A model generated the notes under the pieces. That model saw nothing but the letters and a program-made list of their open reading frames with translations, was not told the DNA's origin and did not search any database. The position numbers and the translations under genes are program-made. Below, one piece after another: positions 11,301 through 21,967 of a stretch of DNA of 64,000 bases. The DNA is from Lytechinus pictus (taxonomy: Eukaryota), in the NCBI RefSeq assembly GCF_037042905.1, contig NC_087245.1, positions 33,110,001 to 33,174,000 of the forward strand, in the 5' to 3' direction. The first letter of the stretch is position 1. Each line of letters starts with the position of its first letter.

Positions 11301-12574
11301 CTCTGGAAGTACTCGCGATGGACTTTACAGTGCTAGAGCCCAGCTCTAGTAGAGTGGAGAATGTCCTTGTACTAACCGATGTCTTTACGAAATACACACA
11401 AGCATTTCCTACTAGAGACCAGAAAGCTAGTACAGTTGCAAAGGTGCTCGTCAATAATTGGTTTGTAAGGTTTGGCGTACCTAAGCGACTGCACAGCGAC
11501 CAAGGTCGTAATTTTGAGAGCAGTCTGGTAAAGGAACTTTGCCGAGTGTATGGAGTACATAAGACGAGGACCACCCCTTATCACCCAGAGGGCAATGCGC
11601 AGTGTGAACGGTTCAATCGAACTATGCACGACAGACTGCGTGCTCTTCCGCCAGAGAAGAAGAAAAGATGGCCAGAATATCTCCCGGAGCTGGTGTATGC
11701 TTACAACTGTACACCACATTCTTCCACAGGATATTCCCCATATTATCTCTTCTTTGGTAGAGAGCCGGTGTTGCCCATCGATCACCAGCTAGGATTTCAA
11801 GACTCAGACTCGGACTCAGACTGGTTAGAAGGTCATCATGGACGCCTGCGAATTGCATTTGATATGGCAAGGCAGATGACCGAGAAGGAAGCGTTGAGAA
11901 GAAGGGAGAGGGTAAACCGTACCGCCGAAGACACAAGCCTTACTATTGGGGCTAGAGTGTTCACCAAGAATCGCATCCTCGGGCGAAATAAAATTCAGGA
12001 TGCCTGGAGTGACACTCCGTATAAGGTGGTAGCGAGACCCAATCCCGAGGGGAATGTGTATGTCATCGAACCGCTTAGAGGTGATGGTTCACAAAAGACA
12101 GTCCATCGTCGAGACCTATTAGATGGACGTGGACTGGTAAAAGACATCAATCCTGATCGTTTCAATGATGTTACACATGAACCTCAAGAAACTACCCTTC
12201 CTTCCGACAACCGATCTGACGAAGAAGATGAGCTGAGGGAGGTACTCTTTCGAAGTAAGACTCCGCCACCTGTAGGTAATACTGACCCTACAGATTGCAT
12301 TCCAGTGGGTACTTCCGAAAGAGTAGGGGAGCACCAAGCTCCTCCGGTTGTACCAGATACTAGGCAGCAGGTAGCAGAAGGGAATGGTTCCTCGGCTACA
12401 GAACCTGATACAGCTGAAGTTACCGGTTCAGACCACGAGGTCGAGCCTGTAGTTCCAGTCAGGAGGTCTGCAAGGTTGCAAGGTAAACCGCCTACCCTTT
12501 CATCGGAAATTGTGGCGGATATAACTAGATCTCATTTGTTGTTTATGCAAATGATGTCTAATCCGAATCCATGA
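8300..12574 (+). CDS. pol: Pol polyprotein (protease, RT, RNase H, integrase), expressed as Gag-Pol by -1 frameshift
   Basis: LIDTGAQVS protease (DTG at 8435); RLCVDYRALN, MPFGL and YLDD (9809-9820) RT; ETDAS...ELLAL...TDNNPL RNase H; HDEVGH...CDKC zinc finger and MDF/HSDQG/QCERFN DDE integrase. No stops. The ORF-track start at 8330 is a GTG, not the real start. Confidence 0.96.
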   Translation, partial: RVTPTVKSLTVGGSVDGSILLQRAVGDCPEVILDLGSARCVRCLIDTGAQVSTVTEAFFRKYLSHESMVDVSSILSISGAQGLTIPYCGYVELTVRVLGRSFHNMGFLVVRDPPKALSDRKKRVPGVIGSNVLRDMRHELRNELGEDFLDKFKGERDATWASVLALYEEISCVNLTTKLGGLGRVAGTGPVLLQGRSLQTLQVSVRPARRGEIRTVIVEEIQGEHLQPGIKVISSFLQVSENGLVNVPVLNLSNRDIYIHPRTPIGIVSDASEVNRQARQPAVWVEEHRQSSSPAVEQILQRMQLGDISKEQHRALEELIGKYLDVFSQDEDDIGLCKDVEHRIYTMDDVPVKVPHRRIPPHHWQEVRDYLKQYLDKGVIRESSSPYAAPVVLVRKKDGKLRLCVDYRALNTKTHKDAYPLPRIEEALEALRGARFFCSLDLAHGFHQIPVAERDIQKTAFRVGTGGLYEFVRMPFGLCNAPATFMRLMDKGFGDQNFQTILTYLDDILVFGRDFDETLQRLEMVLGRLRKMNLKVKVEKCHLFKRKLKYLGHMVEEGGISPDPDKVRSIQEWKTPENETELRSFLGLAGYYRRFVPRFATIAAPLHNLVGGVQQKKNSRNGKKGKESNTRKVVNKKSVAEAWDDSCTNAFQELKDQLTSAPLLGHPDFKKPLILETDASFNGLGAVLSQKQDGRLVVLGYASRGLRPHEKNMNNYSSMKLELLALYWAITEKFRDVLLGAEFVVFTDNNPLSYLQTTAKLGATEMRWQADLAQFNFKIEFRSGRQNANADALSRKTEHGIEQGRLEEVEVSLQSHPASMSTPIPSMLAARVEEVLEVRDTTQPEEGAALSTLPTLPREELAALQRNDLVIKRVLAYMQKGDSPTPKQMAREGKPVRKLLRQWERLLLVDGILHRRVTLMGHPIKQLLVPEALKERILSALHDEVGHQASEKTTKLAVQRCYWPGMEAEIRAYCDKCQRCLLSKAGKKLHPKMGSLIAREPLEVLAMDFTVLEPSSSRVENVLVLTDVFTKYTQAFPTRDQKASTVAKVLVNNWFVRFGVPKRLHSDQGRNFESSLVKELCRVYGVHKTRTTPYHPEGNAQCERFNRTMHDRLRALPPEKKKRWPEYLPELVYAYNCTPHSSTGYSPYYLFFGREPVLPIDHQLGFQDSDSDSDWLEGHHGRLRIAFDMARQMTEKEALRRRERVNRTAEDTSLTIGARVFTKNRILGRNKIQDAWSDTPYKVVARPNPEGNVYVIEPLRGDGSQKTVHRRDLLDGRGLVKDINPDRFNDVTHEPQETTLPSDNRSDEEDELREVLFRSKTPPPVGNTDPTDCIPVGTSERVGEHQAPPVVPDTRQQVAEGNGSSATEPDTAEVTGSDHEVEPVVPVRRSARLQGKPPTLSSEIVADITRSHLLFMQMMSNPNP

Positions 12575-12654
12575 CTTTTTATTGATCACTGTGTTGTAGT
12601 TGTTTAAGTATTATATTTTTTTATTGTGTAAAAGTTGTCAGAGACGACAACATC

Positions 12655-12667
12655 GAGTAGGGGAGAA
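12655..12667 (+). promoter_or_regulatory. Polypurine tract
   Basis: GAGTAGGGGAGAA directly abuts the TG start of the 3' LTR. Confidence 0.88.
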
Positions 12668-14555
12668 TGTAACATCCCAGAATTAAATAGTGTAATACTG
12701 CCAATGTATTGTAATTTTGGTTATAACTTGTAATATGTATTGCATGTAGTTTGGTATAATCTACACTGGGCAGTTCTTTAATATAGTTTTCTTAGAATAA
12801 TCCATGACTAATTCCCTCTGTCCAGTGCAGAGATTGTTCTGTACACTTCGCTATTGGAAAGAGAAAGTAGAAAGTCTTAAAGTCATCTCATAGGAATGTT
12901 GTGGTCACCTGTGGAAGGGTGGAGGCAGAGAGAATCTGAATGAAGAAGATTATATCCTATTCATTCCATCTCACACCACCTTTGAGACAACATCTAGAGA
13001 GAAGACATCTTAATATATTTTCAACACTTGATTTTTCCATGTCGAATCCAATCCATTAGGGGTAAGTCGAATCACAATTCACATTTTAAATAATGATATT
13101 TATAAATGTTTTGCTTTAACCATTGTTGTTTAAAATGGATTAAGAATATCATCTATCATCTATTTTTGTTCTCTAAATATTTAGGATAAGTTAGTACTTT
13201 TTCTGTGAGATATATCTATGTTCAATTTCGTTTTGATCCTTTAAATGTGTTTTCTATTTCTTTTGTTATGAATGTTCCTTAATGTATTATTTGATATACA
13301 TGTGCTACATTTGATTTGATTTCATATGTTGTGTTAAGACAAAGGTCTAGAAGTATTTTATCGAACATGATTCGCGTGGATATTTTGCATCAATTACTCA
13401 AATTGAGGTTTACATAATTCCGTTGATTTAAATAATCCAATCATGCTTCATAAACTTCTTTGTTCGTATTTCTTGGAGGAGAAGTGATATTATTGTTGTG
13501 TTTTACTAAAAGTAACATTTGTTATTTTATCGGTATTATTGTGCTAAATAATATTAGTTTCATCTAATTATTTCTGTATGGTCAGAAATTGACTTTATTT
13601 GCTTAGCATTATATTTATGATTTATATCCAAAATGATTACGTTAGATTCATATGTAGATATTCATACTTTGCATTGATGTTTGCGTAGTTTAAGTTTATA
13701 AGAAACTTAGTACCTTTAAGGCTGTTGCTAGGCGACAGACAGCATTCTGATACATATTGGGGCTGTTGGCCAGTTGCATCATTCATAGTAGTTGGCAGTG
13801 TGACGTCATGAATCACGGCACATGCTGCAGAAGTTCTGTGGAGCTTCATGGTCATTGTTTAGGTTAGGGGTGATAGGTCACTCAGGAATGTAGTATTATT
13901 GTCTAGGGACTAGCCCTGTCCACACTGAAACAACTTGTTATCTAGTTGCACTGTGCTTTGAGGAGTACTAGGGTCTGTTCATACTTGAGATCTAATCTGA
14001 TTTAATTATTAATCCGATTTAACTTTAGTCTGGTTTAACTTTAATCTTTTACTTGTATTTCAAGTTAGGGTTTTGTTTTTCATAATTCATTATTATTCAA
14101 TGATATTATTGACAATCAGCTTGAACTATTTATTATTATTTTAATGAAATTCTTTTTGACAATCATGTTTATTTATCATTACATATATTCATTTAATCAT
14201 TCATGTTATCTTATAACTTGATATATAATTTCTTTGATGTTTATTCTTTGTATCTCTTTCCTTCTTCTCATTTTCTCTCTATTCTATTATACGTTTATAT
14301 AACGCCTTATTTTGTCGTGTTATTGCATATTGGTTGAGTGAAACATGTAATGTGATGATAGTAGAGTCGAGCTACCAGCTTACTACTTTTATTACTGATT
14401 GTTGTATTGAAACTCTTGATGTATATGACAATTTATGATTCTTTATTTTCTATTGTTTTCCAGGGTTTTTGTTATTCTTCTAAATAAAGTATGACATCAA
14501 AAGAACCTGGACCGCAAATTCTGAGTCGTTATTAATCTCAATTTTGTGTGTCACA
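12668..14555 (+). repeat. 3' LTR (1888 bp, intron-containing form)
   Basis: Two blocks homologous to the 5' LTR (12668-13061 and 14464-14555) separated by 1402 bp; AATAAA at 14483-14488; ends TGTCACA followed by the TSD. Confidence 0.94.
13062..14463 (+). other. Spliceosomal-type intron inside the 3' LTR
   Basis: Begins GGG|GTAAGT, ends TTCTTTATTTTCTATTGTTTTCCAG|GG; T-rich; its removal reproduces the 5' LTR junction ATTAGGGGGTTTTTG exactly. Confidence 0.88.
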
Positions 14556-17500
14556 ATATTTTGGACGTCAGAATATGGAAGGGCAAATTGTGATTTTGAG
14601 TTTGTATTCCTACTACTATATAAACAACCTTAATGTTCATCAATCACTTATCAGAAAGGATGATGAATAATGTACCCTTCTAATACATATCTGACATTGT
14701 TTAGCTCGCTATAATAAAAGGTAAATCTCTTATTGTCAAGCTCGTTATACCTGAACAAAACATCGGAAAATTAATTTATCAAAACTGATCAATTTGTTTT
14801 GTTTATGTAATAGTAGACACAATAAAGTATGTACGGATTATCCTTTTAATTTAATTTCATGATTACGATGACCTTTAACGGTATCCCAGCATGCCTTGCA
14901 GGGACAACATCACAATCTAATTTTGCTTGTAATGAAAAGCTCGATCAATTAAGGTCTATATCCGATACGGTAATGAATGAGGAATGCTCATTAATGTAGC
15001 AAGGATGAGAGCGATGAATCTACCGTTCAACTTGGCAGGGAATTTCATTGTTGCTATGCATTTCAACCTTGCACGAGGACATGAATGTTTCAACAATGTC
15101 TTGAGTAGCTTATTACAATTTCTTGTAGAGAAAATCAACATCAAGGACTTGTTGCATGAAAGTTACTATTATTGTAACTTCCATGGAATTCATGATTTTG
15201 AGTGGCTTAGAGCAATGTTACCATGGTATTCACTACTTAGTAGTTATTGGATAGCAAATTTACCAGAATGGTAATATGCAACAGGCCCCAGAAATTACTT
15301 CAGGTTGCATATGCTGATACCCCCTCCCGCTGTGTTTTTGTGTGGTCCCATCAATGTGTTTTTGTGTTGTCTGTTGTGAAGTTCAGGTGTTACCGTATAT
15401 GTCATGTGCCAAGGGCATGATATTAATGAGATAATCACCCTAAAGTGCATCAAACTATGACTATCTGTACTACCTTCGTTAGGATGGTGGAGTGTTATCT
15501 ATTAACCCTTTTCAGACTGGTGTCAAGCAAATCTATATTTATGTGGATTATGCCTATAGGAATGAGGGAGTCCTGTAGGCTACTCATTGGGTAAACTGCA
15601 TGTTACAAATTACTTACATGCATGCAATAAACATGTAGTTTATAAATCAGAAGTGACCCCTTTCCCTTATAAATTTTCTGCACCCCAGTCTTATTACCTC
15701 TTACTTCAAATGAAAGTGAAAACCGAAATACTACTTTTTCATCAGATTTACTCCTCAACAAATGACTATAAAAGATGCTTAAAGATTATATTCATACTTT
15801 GATAAATTTTCAAAAAAATGACTTTTAAATAAATTGCATTTACTGTTCCTTATTCTTTATGTATAGAATTATATAGCAGAAAAGGTCCCAATTTTTAACT
15901 TTAAGAAAATCTCTATCCTATTTGATGTTCACAGCTAATTTGGACAAGTCATGTGCGGAACAGAAGACTCTCTTGATCAAGGATCAGATTCTGATTCCTA
16001 ATGACAGTGTGACACATCTCCATTCTGGGGACTTTCACACCTACCTCATCGGTAAAAAAAAAACCCTAACATTTGCCAATCTGAAAGTAAATATTTGTAA
16101 CACCAATGAAGGAAAGTACTTGAAAATCAGTAGGTTTACTTGTCAAAATGATGAAAATCTTAAAAAAGAATTCATGCAAGGTCAAGGAGACGTTTGCGAT
16201 TGTAACCACATTATATATATATATAAAAACTTTTGTACTTTGACACGAAGAACCTGCATCATTTGCTATAGGAGTGTGGGATGGGAACCAATGTAAGAGT
16301 TCAAGAACTTGTGAATGCATGAAATGAATTATCAGATATTTTTCTGATTGGGTGGGTGTGAGTGTATCTTCCTGATCCCCATGACAGGATATCACCATAT
16401 CATCTCTGATGTTCCAAAAATCTGCTCCAGATTCTTTTAAGCAACAACGGTTTGAGCAGGTGTTCTTTGACTTGTACTTTCATGGATTAAAAAGTATACT
16501 AAAGCTACAAGAGGTAAGATGATCTTTATTGTCCTTTTCTTCATGTCATATTTACTTTTTTTTTTACTGTGATAATTAACATAAATGATACAAATCTCCA
16601 TTGTTTTTCTTCATGCCTCTCTCTTGCATTTCAAGTGTTTTATAATGAGAACTTCAAGAGATAAAGACAAGTCCCTATCATCTCATTGTCTCATTCATTT
16701 AGCATGTTTTAAGAAATATGACACGCTCCTCATCGTCTTTTCTTCTCTCATGAGTTTATAATGTTTTCTTAAGTGAGATCACTTCTTTGCATCAATTTCA
16801 CTTTTAAATTAAAAAAAATCCCTGATGATATAGGTCTGAATAAAACATACAAAGGGAATACTTTTTGTGCATTCTTTTAATAAATTTTCTATTATATCAG
16901 ACATGCCAGTCACCACATTCTACTACTGTTTTAAAGAAAAAATATGACCAAAGCCCCAGGTTATCCTGTAATAGTCCTAATGTTAACTTAACATTGAGAA
17001 GAATTCCATTAACTAACAAAAAACAATAAGAGAATTTTGAAATCTACAGTAACAGTGGAAACTTCTACACCTTTCTAATGACTATCATAACATTTGTTTT
17101 TAAAAACACGTTTTGAAACATTTGCATCAAAAGCTTTTGAACTGAAAGCCAGCGTTCCATAGCTTGACAATGTTATAATATGGAATGAAATAAAAATAAC
17201 AATCAAGCTACACTTACTAATCAGAAAAATGGCAATGAATTCATTACATTCTCCCTTTAAAGAAATAATGTATTCTCTCTAGCATTTCCTATTGTCAGGC
17301 ACCTGCTCATAATCCTAATCCACAAAAACCCTTGTCAGGTCCAGACCCCTGAATTCATGTTATCCAGATATTAATCAACTTGCGCATCTCATTTGTCATA
17401 CCAAATTAAAGTAAATCCACTGAAATTTCATATATGTAAAACAAAACATCCGCAAATGCTTAGTTTCAATTATGGTAAATTCAAAACATATTGCATAAGC

Positions 17501-20337
17501 ATATACAGAACACGGACCAATTACCTGTCTCATATTACAAAATTTTGCATCATTTTGTAACCAATTTGGCAATTTAGTTGCCATTAATCCTCAACCATCT
17601 CGCGAATTAGCATGGCTTTTGATCCCCCGGTCTGTTGACATTTTAAATATGTTTGCTCCAATTATGTCTCGGCCTGAAACATGTTACCAAAAACCAAAAC
17701 ACGATTCATGTTGCATATCATTAATTTGCTTGAATGACTCAATATCCATTCATTTTTCAAAAACATTTTTATCTGTGACAAATAACCGATTCACATTTTG
17801 TTTAAATGTTATGTATGCAAGCCACATGGCTTCACGCTCATGGAGTTTCATAACGTCATTCATGAATTCTAAATGTTTGTTCCAACCTTTGGATGTGTTT
17901 ATGTAGTAGTCGACTTAAGACCCTGACCTAGTTTCATGCATAGCAATAGACATATTAATTAGATTACTTGGGTATGATGACATACCTTTCGGCATTGATA
18001 AATAATTAGTTTGGTAAACAGAGCATGCAATTAAGGATGCAGCTATGTGAGCTGCTTGCTTAACAGATAATTATATAACATAAGTATGGTTTTTGCTCTC
18101 ATTTGAATATTAAGACTTATTCAAGAAATATGTGCCCCCAAACAAATAATTGTTTCTCTCTCCCTCATGTATTTAAATCTAAATGAAATTTTGAAATCTG
18201 ATAGCTATATGCTTGTTTAATTTTTTCTCAGATGAAAATTGTTGGGCAAATCCAAAAAGAAATGGAGAAATAGAATCCTAATTCTGATCTTGGCTAGAAT
18301 ACTTATTACCTGACATTTAAAGAGCAGAGATAGAAATATGAATACGGACAGATGAAATTGCCTGTCATATCGACACTAGAATGAAATGATGCTTTACAAA
18401 CCGACATGTCGGCATATCTCTCGGTTAAACTAAGGATTAGATCCATAAATGCATGACTAAACCTTGCATAACTGAAACATTACAAGGGATAAATGCCTGT
18501 TTCCTTTAGTTACAAACTTAAAAATAAATATAATCGTTATTTTCTCACACAGGATAAGGGAGGGTAAGAAGACAGATAAGATAAAAGTCAACAGCTGGGG
18601 GCCATAATACATGGGGGCTTAGCAAAGGGAAGCATTTGATATTCTTTCATGAATGTTCATTTCTATACACAGAGAGGATAAAGTATGTCAGATTGATTTT
18701 GGTGAAGCTTTGTAAATGTAATTTAATTTCTTTTAGATGTAACGGGATGTGATTATGTATGTTTGGGAGGGGAGGAAAGGGGGCATAAAAGAAGCCCCTC
18801 TATAAGTCACAGGATGCATCTCATCACGCAGCAATAATTTAAATTTGAGATTTTTTTTTTGTCTTTCGCGGAGGAGTCATTAAAATAAAGTTCTTTCAGT
18901 CTGGGGATATGTCTTGAGGAAAGGGATGGATAATGAGGACAACGTGAGTACTCTATTCTAGACAGACAAGTTTAATATAAAAACAAGCTAAAGTTAAGGA
19001 TTGAGAAAAAGGCCTAATAAAGGAGAATATCAGAGACAAGTGATTAAAGATTTATTAACTTAGATGCAGGCTAGAGAAAGACACTTGGGAAATCAGTTAG
19101 GTACTGGAACATAAAGCTGACAAAAACATGAAGAACAGTAACAGTGAAAGATTGAGAAACAGTAACAAATAAGGAGAGAAAAGAAAAGAAAAAAAATAGA
19201 AAAGGGGAAATAGGAAGGTACCATATCCTAAAACCACAGGTGGAATAAGCTGCAAGCAAAATATCACCAAGAAGGATGAGGAAATATTTTTAAAAAATTA
19301 TATCTTTTAATTCTAGAATTTCTTTTTTAAAGAGCAGCGTAGGTGATGGTGTAATGCCATCAGTAGTGTATCAATTTCAGATATATTCCATATGTTAAAG
19401 AGGAATATCTTAGATGATTTTTAATTACAAGCTTTGAGGAAGGATTGAATGATGCTATCATGGAGGCCCACTAACCGATGTGATAATGGATAACATATTG
19501 TTTTACCAGATCAATTTAAAGGGTAATCAAAAAGATATCCATGGCAGAAATATCTACAAGAGACTTACATTAATCTTAAAAACTTTCTAGGAAATAGGGG
19601 GTATTTGCAAAAGCAGAGTATTTTCGTATAATCATCAAATTTCATTCAATCATCTCCAGATTGGAATAGGTAAATATTAATCTTATGATTGTTAACACTG
19701 CTATATCTAAAGCTCATCCAGTGACTATGCAAAATGTTGAGCTGAATTGTAAAAAGGCTTGAAAATAGCAGATAGGCTTTCAAGCTGTGTGCTTGCTTTC
19801 AATTTCCAGAATAAAAAACTACCGCTTACCCTCCAGCTAATATCATTTGATTCCCGTACATTACCAGACTAATGAAGCAATTGAGTCATTAACCAATTTC
19901 AGGTCAAGAAATTTAATATCTGGCCTAGATGTCTCAATCAGTAATGAAGACAAATATTCAGAACAATATTGGCCTCTCCAGGGACTGGATACTTACTATG
20001 TGCACTGCATAAAACACATTAGATTTTTTATAATTCAATAATAAAGAGTTCATTTTAAAGTTTATTGCCAAAGAACAAAGACATCCCATAGAAAGACAAT
20101 GATGATGTATTTCTATGGCCTCTGACACCACGCCGAGATTTGAACCCCCAACCTTCCTCTTTGTGAACCAAGGGAACTAACCACTCCTCAACTATAACCC
20201 TCACATCCTTTACTCACTTATTAACCCACTTGGTACTGAATTATGTTTGTTCTATTGGTAATGTACATGGAACCATACTGTTCTAGTATGCAGTTATGAG
20301 TTGCTCCCAGGCCCAGATCCTGAACTGAAAGGATTAA

Positions 20338-20917
20338 AGGACAAGTCCACCCCAACAAAAAGTTGATTTGAATAAAATGAGAAAAATCCAACAAGCATAA
20401 CACTGAAAATTTCATCAAAATTGGATGTAAAATAAGAAAGTTATGACATTATAAAGTTTTGCTTAATATCACAAAACAGTTATATACACATCCTGGTGAG
20501 TATGCAAATGAGGAGACTGATGACATCATCCACTCACTATTTATTTTGTATTTTATTATATAAAATAGGGAATATCCTATTTTCTCCTCATTGTCAAGTG
20601 AAACAACAATTAATTCCTCCCTGAACATGTGGAATTAGCATTGTTTAATACTATATGGTTTAGTCAAGGTGGTCCTTACTGTCAAATCTGTATAAAATGA
20701 AATATTGTGTAATTCAAACAATAAAACACAAAAGAAATAGTGAGTGATGGACCTGTCACTGAGTTGCGCATATCACTGTTCTGTGAAAAATAAGCGAAAC
20801 TTTAAAATGCCATAACTTTCTTATTTTACATCCGAGTTTGATGAAATTTTCAGTGTTATGCTAGTTTTATTTTCTCTATTTATTCAAATCAACATTTTTC
20901 TGGGGTGGACTTGTCCT
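20338..20917. mobile_element. Non-autonomous DNA transposon with TTAA TSD (Kolobok-type termini)
   Basis: TTAA|AGGACAAGTCCACCCCA ... TGGGGTGGACTTGTCCT|TTAA, with long imperfect subterminal inverted repeats and no ORF. Confidence 0.88.
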
Positions 20918-21841
20918 TTAAACAATTTTTAATCTAATGTTAGGAACAGAGCATATACTATATTCCCTGGTTAGATACACTATGGTTATAAAAACCTTAA
21001 AAGTACAGCAAACTAAAAAAACTAAAAACTAAAAAAAGGTACCAACTTGGCCCAGATCCAAGTATTTAAGAAGAATTGAGCCATGGGATCATCTCCCTTA
21101 AGTTATGTAACTTTTCCTTTCTTCCTCTTACTTAAAGTAAGTACTTAAGCTGAGGATAAGGATTACTGGGCAAACATTTGTCTGTAATGAAGGCAGGTGA
21201 AAGCTTTCAAAACTGAGAATAAGCTCACACTCTGACGTTCATTTCAGAGTTTCATCGAGTTCAATAGAAAATGGGTCATGTAGGATGTATGATCATGTTT
21301 GAAGCACATTTGAAAGAGACAAAGAATGAAAACAGAGAGGGAGAGAGAAGAACGCTTGATTGCAATCTCATGACAGGTGCCTCGGCTTAATTTGGTTAAA
21401 GATTTAAGATTAGATTATATGCACTATTAAAAGAATGGTTCATTAGTATAGATTTTAAAAAATTGGTTTAATATGAAGTTTAAGATTTACATTTTGGTAA
21501 AGGATTAAAATTATAGAGACTGAGAAATTGTCTTGTGGCTATATGTAATTTCCTATTAAAAGAGACACCATTGCCAGCGAATGGGCCAAATAAACCAAGT
21601 GGCAGAAACAATGATTCTTGAGATGATTGACTATTATCATGATTATAACTTCCTTCTAGTTTAAACATATAGCACCCTTTTTTAAATGGGATAAAAAGCA
21701 TATTTTAAAATATTTTAAAGTACTTTTCCAGAATACGGTCAATGACCTTCATCTGCTCTTGTGAAATTGTAATCCTAGAAATTATTTAGTGTAGATCTTA
21801 AGTATATTTGAAAGGGACAGAATTCACGAGATATTTCTTAC

Positions 21842-21967
21842 CTTTTCTTGGTGTTGTGTTAGCTGGTACCTGGGCTACTTTCAGTGCTAAACCAAATGCC
21901 CCTGGGAAGGAATTGCTGTCTCTCACGACGAACGTCCCAGGAGGTCTGTCCTTCAAAATGTTGATTG
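21842..21967 (-). CDS. TNS: Tensin exon, SH2 domain core
   Basis: ttttattttttag|CA... translates AINILKDRPPGTFVVRDSNSFPGAFGLALKVAQVPANTTPRK, then g|gtaaga. FVVRDS is the SH2 FLVRES motif, and SF.GA.GLALKV is tensin-typical. 126 nt, phase 1 to 1. Confidence 0.95.

Larger units (their letters stand above)
6464..14555 (+). mobile_element. Full-length Ty3/Gypsy LTR retrotransposon, antisense in a tensin intron
   Basis: TGTAACA...TGTCACA termini; 4-bp TSD ATAT (6460-6463 and 14556-14559); two LTRs, PBS, PPT; intact gag and pol with PR-RT-RH-IN order. Confidence 0.97.

Noticed and set aside
7407..12337. Antisense and alternate-frame ORFs overlapping gag/pol
   Set aside because: Expected shadow ORFs of GC-richer coding DNA with no recognisable motifs.
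13062..14463. Nested transposon inserted in the 3' LTR
   Set aside because: No TIRs, poly(A) tail, TSD or coding remnant; the boundaries are exact GT-AG splice consensus. Not fully excluded without a genome search.
12575..14463. env-like third ORF in the retrotransposon
   Set aside because: Only ~90 bp separate the pol stop from the 3' LTR, and there is no long plus-strand ORF in the LTR intron.
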